The notes under the pieces are model-generated. The model was not told where the DNA came from. It searched no databases and worked only from the letters and a program-made list of their open reading frames with translations. A DNA stretch of 60,492 nucleotides, counting the filler. It is 6 parts of 6 records of this genome, joined end to end, with 100 filler letters (N's around TTAATTAATTAA, not from the genome) between each part and the next. Parts side by side here need not be neighbours in the genome. Positions count along the whole stretch, not along the records: positions 35,403 to 42,397 come from DRR723986_18116; positions 42,498 to 53,964 come from DRR723986_18147; 4 more parts are not named here. One strand, given 5' to 3'. Made by a program: the position numbers and the translations under genes. Below, one piece after another: positions 41,918 through 50,400 of this stretch; positions within the stretch are counted from its first letter, which is position 1; each line of letters starts with the position of its first letter.

Positions 41918-42397
41918 CCGATCAACTCGAGGAATATCGGCAACAGGCCAGTTATCGGCGTGGCACCGTAATGGGTCTTACCGCAGCGGAGGCATTCATG
42001 CTGATTGCCTTCATTCTCTTGACCTTGCTGGTGCTCTGGCGTGTGACGGCCAACGCGGAGAAGGCGCAACTGATCGAAGAGAACACGAGGCTTATCGCGG
42101 CGCTGGACGGGCTGGACGACCCGGCAGCCTTGGCTGCTGCTCTCGTGATACAACGCCGTTTTGCAGGGCTGGATGAGGAGGCTGTGGAGGAAAGCCTTGC
42201 CCTGATGGAGGACGACAAGCTAAAGACCTTGGCTCTTGAGGCGAAAGCCCTTCCGAACGAGGGTTTGCTCGAGCTTACGGACCTGACTCGGGACGGGGCT
42301 TTCCCCGGCGCCCGCGAGAAGCTGGCGCTGTTCGACAAGGTCAGCCTTGGCCCAGACGAAATTGCAGATCTGCTGGATCAACTCACCTTGGCCAAGG
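41914..42397 (+). CDS. MotB/ZorB-like single-pass protein, 3' truncated (gene 4)
   Basis: ATGA overlap with gene 3; single TM GLTAAEAFMLIAFILLTLL with acidic residue at its start; C-terminus lost in gap. Confidence 0.55.
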
Positions 42398-42497
42398 NNN
42401 NNNNNNNNNNNNNNNNNNNNNNNNNNNNNNNNNNNNNNNNNTTAATTAATTAANNNNNNNNNNNNNNNNNNNNNNNNNNNNNNNNNNNNNNNNNNNN
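42398..42497. other. Assembly spacer (contig join)
   Basis: N run with TTAATTAATTAA linker. Confidence 0.99.
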
Positions 42498-42503
42498 CGA
42501 CCT

Positions 42504-42523
42504 CATAAAAGGGCTCTGACCCC
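42504..42523 (+). repeat. REP-like element copy
   Basis: CATAAAAGGGCTCTGACCCC, identical to 47134-47153. Confidence 0.7.
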
Positions 42524-42534
42524 TTTTGGTCCTT

Positions 42535-43188
42535 TTAGTCGGGGTCAGCGCTTTCAGTTTGAAGCAACAGCGAAACCACCATCTCAGCATGTCGATCGAC
42601 GAAGTCGGTGTCGCGTGGCGAACAACCAAACAGCCGTCGGCATTCCTCTTCCGCAGAGAAGACGAAGGCGCTGGCGCCGATAAACAGGTAATAGCGATGG
42701 GGATCGGAACGCCCCCAGAGCAGATCCGCGGCAGCCGGCATCACCTCGGACAGGTTTTTCATCAACGGGCCGATGTGCTGGTCGACGATATAGTCGACAC
42801 GCCAGGATGCGGCCACAGACTCCTGCATCATCAGCCGATTCAATTCCGGGTGTGCGGCGCTGTAGCGCACAAACGCGCGCACCATACCCCTGGCCGCTTC
42901 CATCGGTGCGACCTCTGCCAACAGCTCCACCCTCCCCAGGAAATCACCCGCCAGCGCCTGGAACAGGCGATCGACGGCCTCGCGCCAGAGCTGGTCCTTG
43001 TCGCCGAAGTGGTAGGCCACAAGGCCGCGATTAACACCTGCCTGCTCCTCAAGTTGACGCACCGATATACCCTCGAAGCCTGACAGGCTGAAGGCTGCTA
43101 TTGCCGTATCGAGAAGGGCATTGCGTGTATCAAGGGCGCGTTGCTGGCGGCGACGCTCTCCCTGACCCCTAGTTTTGGTCGACATCAT
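42535..43188 (-). CDS. TetR family regulator
   Basis: TRNALLDTA..FSLSGFEGISVRQL..AGVNRGLVAYHFGDKDQLW HTH. Confidence 0.93.
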   Translation of the reverse strand: MMSTKTRGQGERRRQQRALDTRNALLDTAIAAFSLSGFEGISVRQLEEQAGVNRGLVAYHFGDKDQLWREAVDRLFQALAGDFLGRVELLAEVAPMEAARGMVRAFVRYSAAHPELNRLMMQESVAASWRVDYIVDQHIGPLMKNLSEVMPAAADLLWGRSDPHRYYLFIGASAFVFSAEEECRRLFGCSPRDTDFVDRHAEMVVSLLLQTESADPD

Positions 43189-43226
43189 GATGTCCTTGCG
43201 AGTGGTGAAAAAAATAATACTTGCAG

Positions 43227-43259
43227 AGTGACGAGTTTACAATTATTATTTTCGTCACT
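43227..43259. promoter_or_regulatory. Candidate TetR operator (inverted repeat)
   Basis: AGTGACGA-N17-TCGTCACT in the AT-rich divergent intergenic region. Confidence 0.5.
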
Positions 43260-43281
43260 TTACAAGTTTACTGGTGCAAAC

Positions 43282-44397
43282 ATGACTGATCCCGGTGTAC
43301 ATCCTGATTCTGGCGCGGCGTTTGTGCCTGTCGAGCGTGCCACCGATCCGGTCGTCAGGGTCCACGACCTGGCGATGATCGAATTCGCCGGCCCCGACAT
43401 TGACCGAGCCTGGAAATTCTTCAGCGATTTCGGACTCAAGGGTTCCCGCGACGGCGATGGCAACCTGCAGTTCTCGGCCGAGGCTGGCGCTCCGGTCTGC
43501 CTGGTCTACCGCCCGGCGAAGAAAGCAGTATTCATCGGACCGACCTTTGCCGTCCGCTCCCGCGAGGAACTGGACGCCCTGCACCAGCAAGCAGCAGCCA
43601 CCGCGCCAGCTCCGCTGCCACTGCCGGGCGCGCCTACCGGCGTAATCCTCAGCGATCCCAACGGCGTGGCCGTAAAGGTTGCCGTCTTCGAGGACTGGCG
43701 CCCGCTGCCTGATTGCGGAACGCCTGAAGCGATCAACCGCGGCTGCGAGCGTCCGCGGGTGAATGCACCAGTGCGGCCACAACGCCACCCCTCCAGGGTC
43801 CTGCGCCTTGGCCACATGGTGCTGGGTACGCCGGAGTGGGAATCGACGGCGCGTTTCTACATCGACACGTTCGGGCTGATCCCTTCCGACGTGCAGTCTC
43901 TGCCCGACGGAAGGCCAGCGATTGCATTCATGCGTTGCGACCGGGGCGATGATCCTGCCGACCATCACAGCTTCGTTGTTGGTCGCTTGCCCATCCTCGA
44001 TTTCGAGCACGCCGCCTTTGAGGTACCGGATCTGGATGAGGTCGGCATGGGTGCCGAGGTGTTGAAGGAAAAAGGATTCCGCAGAGCCTGGGGCATCGGC
44101 CGCCACATACTGGGTAGCCAGATATTCGATTACTGGTTCGGCCCCGACGGCCGCAAGTTCGAGCACTTCGCCGACGGCGACCTGTTCGATGCCTCAAGAC
44201 CAACCCGCTATCACGCGATGTCAACAGCCGGGCTGGCTGCCTGGGCGCCGCCCGTGCCGGGTGCATTCCTGCGGCCACGCATGGGATGGCACGAATTCAG
44301 GCAACTGCTGCGCAACCTTTTCGGTGGCTCCTCGTTTGGATTCAGGGAACTCAAACTACTGGGTTCAGCAATGCGCAGCTCAAGCATGCCCGACTGA
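43282..44397 (+). CDS. Two-domain VOC protein, probable extradiol ring-cleavage dioxygenase
   Basis: RLGHMVL, DHHS, HAAFEV, WGIGRHILGSQIFDYW..P.G..FEH metal-ligand pattern. Confidence 0.8.
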   Translation: MTDPGVHPDSGAAFVPVERATDPVVRVHDLAMIEFAGPDIDRAWKFFSDFGLKGSRDGDGNLQFSAEAGAPVCLVYRPAKKAVFIGPTFAVRSREELDALHQQAAATAPAPLPLPGAPTGVILSDPNGVAVKVAVFEDWRPLPDCGTPEAINRGCERPRVNAPVRPQRHPSRVLRLGHMVLGTPEWESTARFYIDTFGLIPSDVQSLPDGRPAIAFMRCDRGDDPADHHSFVVGRLPILDFEHAAFEVPDLDEVGMGAEVLKEKGFRRAWGIGRHILGSQIFDYWFGPDGRKFEHFADGDLFDASRPTRYHAMSTAGLAAWAPPVPGAFLRPRMGWHEFRQLLRNLFGGSSFGFRELKLLGSAMRSSSMPD

Positions 44398-44445
44398 ACG
44401 AAGAACGGGCAACGCCACAGAACAAAGAATAAAGGAGCAAAAGAA

Positions 44446-45411
44446 ATGGCTATCAACGTAGTGAGATTCAACGATGCAGGCACGCCACGCTGGGGCGTGG
44501 TTCACGACCAACAGGTGCAGACCCTTAACAGCCCTGCCCAGACAACAGCAACGCTGATGACAGAGGGACTGGACGAGGCCTACGCGGCCGCCGGAAATCC
44601 GACCCCCGACCGGCAGCTGTCCGAGCTCGAGCTGCTCTGCCCTATCACCAGCGACCGCCAGCTGATTGCACAGGGGCTCAACTACAGCTCACACCTGCGC
44701 GAGATAGGTATCCCTTCAGGCAAGCTGCCCTTCAATACCTTCTTCCGCAAGGCATCCTCTTGCATGGCGCCCGCTGATACAGACGTCATCCGCCCGAGCC
44801 ACGTGCGTCTGCTGGACTACGAGGTGGAGATCGGCCTGGTGATGAAGCGACCGGTGACCGGCCCGCAAGTGGTGACAACTGACAACCTTGCTGACTACGT
44901 CGGCGCCCTGGTCCTGCATAACGATGTGTCGGCACGGGATGTCCAGCTACCGCAGCAGCAGTTCTACAAAGGCAAGAGCTACCGGACCTTCGGGCCTACC
45001 GGCCCCTGGTTGACCCTGGTGGACGCGGAAGACCTGGCCGCGTTGGACGACATCGAGCTGCGGCTGGAGGTGAACGGTCGAGTGCGCCAGAGCAGCCTGG
45101 CTGTAGACCTGTCCTACAAGCCCGCCGAAACCCTCACCGAGCTGACCGCGCTTCAAGACCTCGGCGCCGGCGATCTAATCGTCACCGGCACCCCCGGCGG
45201 CACTGCGGTCAAGGCGCCGCCACCCTTGAAAATGTTCATCGCCCGACTGCTGCCGGATGCAAAACGCTGGGCCATGTTTATCGAGGGCGCGCTCAAAGAC
45301 CCGGACTACCTGAGGGACGGTGACAGAATGGTGGCCTGGGCCAGGACGGCTGACGGCCGCATCGACCTCGGCGCCCAGCACAACACCATCGTACCCGAGC
45401 GACGCTCGTGA
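44446..45411 (+). CDS. Fumarylacetoacetate hydrolase family protein
   Basis: GLNYSSH, FFRK, LDYEVEIG, NDVSARD, KGKS..TFGPTGP, GDLIVTGTPGG. Confidence 0.92.
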   Translation: MAINVVRFNDAGTPRWGVVHDQQVQTLNSPAQTTATLMTEGLDEAYAAAGNPTPDRQLSELELLCPITSDRQLIAQGLNYSSHLREIGIPSGKLPFNTFFRKASSCMAPADTDVIRPSHVRLLDYEVEIGLVMKRPVTGPQVVTTDNLADYVGALVLHNDVSARDVQLPQQQFYKGKSYRTFGPTGPWLTLVDAEDLAALDDIELRLEVNGRVRQSSLAVDLSYKPAETLTELTALQDLGAGDLIVTGTPGGTAVKAPPPLKMFIARLLPDAKRWAMFIEGALKDPDYLRDGDRMVAWARTADGRIDLGAQHNTIVPERRS

Positions 45412-46955
45412 ACGCTGTGCAGCACGCCAGTGTACTGATTGTTGGCGCCGGCCCAACAGGACTGACGCTGGCGAACCTTCTTGGCTGCGAAGGCATCGAC
45501 ACGCTGGTTATCGAGCGCAATCCGGGCTGTGTGCCGGAACCTCGCGCCATAGCAATCGATGGCGAATCGCTGCGCACAATGCAGGCAATAGGACTGACTG
45601 ATACCGTATTGCCCACCGTGAAACAGGGTTTTGTCGCCGATTACATCAACGGCGCCGGTGAACAGCTGTTCACCACCGATCTCAGGCCGAAGCCCTACGG
45701 TTTCTGCCTGCAGAACAGTTTCGACCAGCCCACGCTGGAAAGGCAGCTACGGGCCGGACTAGACCGCTTTGATTGCGTCCAGGTCCGCTACAGCACCGCG
45801 TTGTCTGACTTTCGCCAGGATGACAATGCGGTGACGGCTATGCTCGAGCCGGTAGACGGTGATCCCTACACGGTGACCGCCGATTTCCTGGTGGCCTGCG
45901 ATGGGGGTCGCTCCACCGTGCGCCAGCTGCTTGGCATAGAGATGCGCGGTGACCGACTGCCGCAAAAGTGGCTGGTGGTGGACACGGTGGACCGGAAGCT
46001 CACCGGCGAACCGGAGTGTCGTTTTTTCTGCGACCCGGCACGACCGGCCATGACCCTGCTACGACCGGCCGGCGAGCGTCGCTGGGAATGGATGTTGATG
46101 GAGGGTGAGTCTGATGACGACATGCTGTCGGACCAGCGGATCAGCGAGCTGCTCTCGCCGCACACCGATCCTGACCAGGTGCAGGTTTATCGCAGGTGCG
46201 TATACGGTTTCAGCGCGGTGGTCGCAGAGCGGTTCCGCGAGGGGCGTATCTTTCTCGCCGGTGACGCCGCCCATATGACGCCACCTTTTGCCGGCCAGGG
46301 CCTGAATGCCGGCATTCGCGACGCGCGCAACCTGTCGTGGAAGCTTGCTGCCGTCAGCGCGGGGCGCATGCCGATGGCGCTGCTCAACAGCTACAACCTT
46401 GAGCGACACGATGCCGCCAAGGAAATCGTTGACCTTGCGGTGATGCTGGGCGACCAGATACAACCGACGGATGCGCAGGCCGCGGCGGAACGGGATGCCG
46501 TGTTCGCGGAACTCAACAAGAATCCTGACCAGGCCGCGTCCTTCGGGCGCGATATCATCGCCCCATTGTTCGATGTGCGATTGAAACAAGGCTGGATGGG
46601 CACTGACCCACAGGCGGGTCGACTCCTGCCGCAGCCGGAAATATCGACTGGCGGCCAGGCCTCACTGCTCGATGACAGCCTTGGCGACGGTTTCATTGCA
46701 CTCAACGGCCTGGGAACCCCTGTGCCGGATACCTGGCGGCAACACCCGCTGTGGCAGGCGCTGCGTCCCACCGAACACCCGCTGGACCCATCGCTGCAGG
46801 ACTTTGCCGGCCCTGGGCCCGGCTCGCTACTGCTGATTCGGCCGGACCGGTTCGTGCTGGCAACGCTCACCACAGACAGCGCGTTCGACACGTTGGAGGA
46901 GCTAAACCGCGCACTCTCGGCCATGACGGAGTCGCCTGACCCTGAAGGGGTTTAG
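45408..46955 (+). CDS. FAD-dependent aromatic monooxygenase (MhpA-like)
   Basis: GAGPTG, PRA, ACDGGRS, FLAGDAAHMTPPFAGQGLNAGIRD, IRPDRFV. Confidence 0.9.
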   Translation: MNAVQHASVLIVGAGPTGLTLANLLGCEGIDTLVIERNPGCVPEPRAIAIDGESLRTMQAIGLTDTVLPTVKQGFVADYINGAGEQLFTTDLRPKPYGFCLQNSFDQPTLERQLRAGLDRFDCVQVRYSTALSDFRQDDNAVTAMLEPVDGDPYTVTADFLVACDGGRSTVRQLLGIEMRGDRLPQKWLVVDTVDRKLTGEPECRFFCDPARPAMTLLRPAGERRWEWMLMEGESDDDMLSDQRISELLSPHTDPDQVQVYRRCVYGFSAVVAERFREGRIFLAGDAAHMTPPFAGQGLNAGIRDARNLSWKLAAVSAGRMPMALLNSYNLERHDAAKEIVDLAVMLGDQIQPTDAQAAAERDAVFAELNKNPDQAASFGRDIIAPLFDVRLKQGWMGTDPQAGRLLPQPEISTGGQASLLDDSLGDGFIALNGLGTPVPDTWRQHPLWQALRPTEHPLDPSLQDFAGPGPGSLLLIRPDRFVLATLTTDSAFDTLEELNRALSAMTESPDPEGV

Positions 46956-47105
46956 TCGACTGGACCAGCTCCAACGCAACAGACGGTCGTCCGTGATTCC
47001 GGGCTGCAAAGCGAAAATCACAGTGCTGATGTCTCCCTCCCACAAACGCGCCAGTGAAAACGGCACCGCGGAGACCCGGCATCAGAAAAAAGGCAGGCAA
47101 AAACC

Positions 47106-47183
47106 AAAAAAGGGGTCAGAACCCATAAAAAAGCATAAAAGGGCTCTGACCCCATTTAGACCCCATTTACCCCCATTTACCCG
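47106..47183. repeat. Inverted REP-like pair plus short tandem repeat
   Basis: GGGGTCAGAACCC (47112-47124) inverted to GGGCTCTGACCCC (47141-47153), then CCCCATTTA x3. Confidence 0.7.
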
Positions 47184-47404
47184 TAGAAGGGGCGGATGTG
47201 CTTGCCAGCGTGTGATGTGGTTCAATAAAATCGATCGAAAGCGATGCAGCTATGGCCAACATCGCAGTATAGTAAGGAATTATTTGGATACTCCCCCCCC
47301 CGTTCAGCGGGGTGATAAAAGCATAGAGCTGCTGCGTAATTGCACTGATATCAGCGACAACGCTTTACGCAGCGGCGATCGTAACTACCCGCAGGATGCG
47401 AGCC

Positions 47405-50400
47405 ATGACCACCTTCAAACTGTTTGCCCTATCCCTGTTCACTGCTGTGTTGCTCACCGCCTGCGGCGATGGTTCTGGGGGCAGTTCCGGTTCAGGGGGC
47501 GACACCGCGGTTTATGAGCTGACGATCAGCGGGCCCGACAGTGTTGAGCGCGGTGCGGTAGTCACCCTGAGCGCGCAAATTACCCGCGATGGTGTGGCCA
47601 CCGAGCCTGACGATGGCTATACCTGGTCACAAGTGGACGGCGAAGAGGTGGGCCTGACCGTTGGCGAGGCCAGCGACGAAGTCTTCTTCTATGTCCCGGA
47701 CAGCGGCGACAGCGTCACGGTGCGGGCCGAGGCGGTGGCCGATGGCAGGAACCTGTCCGGCACTTTCGAAGTCGCCATCACCGATGTGGCCCCCTCAGCA
47801 GGCGTGCCCGAGAGCCTGGAGATACAGGGTCCCGTGCGTGTCGGTATCGGCCACCAGGTGCGTTTGAATGCGGTCTATACGCGCAACGCCGAGATCAGTG
47901 ATGCTGCGGTCACCTGGCAGCAGGATGATGGCCCGGCCGTGGGTACCTCCACCGACGGTATGGCACTGGAGTTCACCGCGCCCGATATCAGCATCGACAC
48001 GCCGCTGTTGTTCAGCGCCACGGTGGAGCAGCCTGACGGCATTCTGCTGGTCACCTTTTATGAGGTGACCGTCACGGTTGGCGAGATCGGTTTCGGCAAT
48101 CAGGTGAATCCGGATGGCCAGCAGCTGCCGCAGAGCGGTCTCGGCCAGGCCAACCTGACCCAGCGCCCGGTGCTGCCTGGCGCCACGGTATTACTCACCA
48201 GCCAGGGGCTGTTGACCGGAGGCGGCACTGGCGTGACCTACCAGTGGCAGCAGACCGGCGGCACGCCGGTACAGCTGATCAATCCGAATAGCGCCAATAC
48301 CAGTTTTGTAGCGCCGCAGCAGGCGGGCGGCGCCGGCCAGAAGCTCACCTTCGTGGTGACAGCCACGGGCCCGGGAGGCCAGTCGGCCACCCAGACCCAG
48401 GTGGTGAATGTTGCGCGGCCTTCGAATTTTGTGCCATCCCAGGCGGGCGCCCAGCACCAGGTGTACAACGGCCATGGCCCGATCACCCTGACCGCGGGCA
48501 CCCTCGGCGGCGCCCAGCCACTCAGCTACGCCTGGTATGAGGGCACTACCGTGACCGGTGGTAAACCCATTACCGGTGCGACCGGTGGTTCCTACACCGT
48601 AACTCCGCCCAGCGTGAACCAGAACACCACCTTCAACTATGTGGTCAGGGTTACCGATGCCAATGGCCATACGCTGGATATCCGCCACTCGATAGACGTT
48701 GTGAGCGGTGGCCAGGGCGGCGGGCAGCCGCCCGCCAACAGCCAGCCTCTGGCCGTGACTTTCCCCAGCCAGGCACCGCTGACGGTCATTGAAGGTGATC
48801 GGATCGCGCCGGTGGCCGCGGCCAGCGGCGGCAGTGGCAACTATGCCTACCAGTGGTCGGTAGATACCGGCAAGGTCGGCGTTATCAGCGGCCAGAACTC
48901 TGCGACGCCTATTTTTGAGTTACTGGGTACCGGCGGGGCCAGCCAGAAGGTCTACCTCACGGTGCGCGTAACCGATGGCACCACGGATGCTAACGGCTCG
49001 CCCACCCAGGTTACCCAATCGATCGCTCTCACGGTCCTGCCGGTATTTCGAATCGACAATCACCAGAATCAGGCCGGCAGCGCCGGCGGAACCGGCCCCG
49101 GGAGCTCGACCAATACACCGGCGGTGGTGGAATCGGGCAAGGCCTTCCACCCCTCTGTCGGGGTGCAGCAAACCGGTAAGGCTGGCGGCAGTTTCAGCTA
49201 CCAATGGACCATTGCCAGTCCGGACCCCCTGCCTCCGGGGCTGACAGTCAACATCGCCGGAGCCAACACCCAGAACCCGGTGGTAGTCGCCAGCGGTGCC
49301 AGCGGCAATACGCAGATACGCCTCAAGGCGGTGGTCACCTACACGGCCCCCAATGGCAAGATCTACACGCAAACCACAGGGTCAAGCTTTACCTCAGCGC
49401 CGGCGACAACCCCGCTGCGCCCCGGAATGACCATTTCGCTGCCCGGACATGCCGACGTGCACCCCGGACGTACCGTGCACCCCAGCGTCAGTGTGGCCAA
49501 CCCGGTCGGTACCCCGCGCTACCAGTGGGCACAGGTGAGCGGCCCCGCGGTGACTCTTGTCTCGGTAGACAAGGCCAGTACGGAGTTCGTGGCGCCAAAG
49601 GTCTCCGGACACAGCGATATCGTGCTGGAAGTAACCGTGTCTGACGCCTCTGGTAACCCGCCCAGGGTCGGCAGGGTCACCTACTCAGTGGACCCGCTGG
49701 TACCGCCTTCGCTGGCGATGACGGTCGTCCCGTCTGCCGGCGGCAATGTCTACGAGAACCAGCTCGTTAAGCCCACGGCAAAAGTATTGCACGCGGAGTG
49801 CGGCAGTTCGGGTGCTGGCTGCCCGGCCTATCAGTGGAGTGTTACCCGGCAGGCCAATACCACTATCAGCCTGAGTAATGCCGATACGGCGGCGCCTTCG
49901 TTTGTCGTTCCCGCGGGCGGTGGCGTGCTGGAGCTGGAGGTGGCGGTTACCGATGATCGCGGCACGGAGCGTGGCAGCGTGCGTTATCAATTCGTGGACA
50001 GTATTGAGGTTACGACCAAAGCGCCAGCTTCCGGTGTCGCGGAGGGTGCAAGTGTTCAATTGCTGGCCTCCGTTATTAACAACAGTGGCCAGGTCAGCTA
50101 TCAGTGGACGGCGATAAACAACGGAAAGTTGGTCAAGCTGAAAGATGATGACACCCGGCAGGTAACGGTTGTTGCACAAGGTGTCGACAAGGATAGCGTG
50201 GTGACACTGAGAGTGACGGCCAAGGATGCCTCAAACAATGAGGCCAGCGCAGATGTCAGCCTGACGATCAAGAATCGCCTGTTCTCGGTTGATGTGGGTG
50301 CGGACCAGGTAGTGCCGCTGGGCCAGTCGACCTCCCTGCACGCTGTGGCCAGCGGTGGGCTGCCGCCCTTCAGCTATAGCTGGAGCCCGGCGGGTCTACT

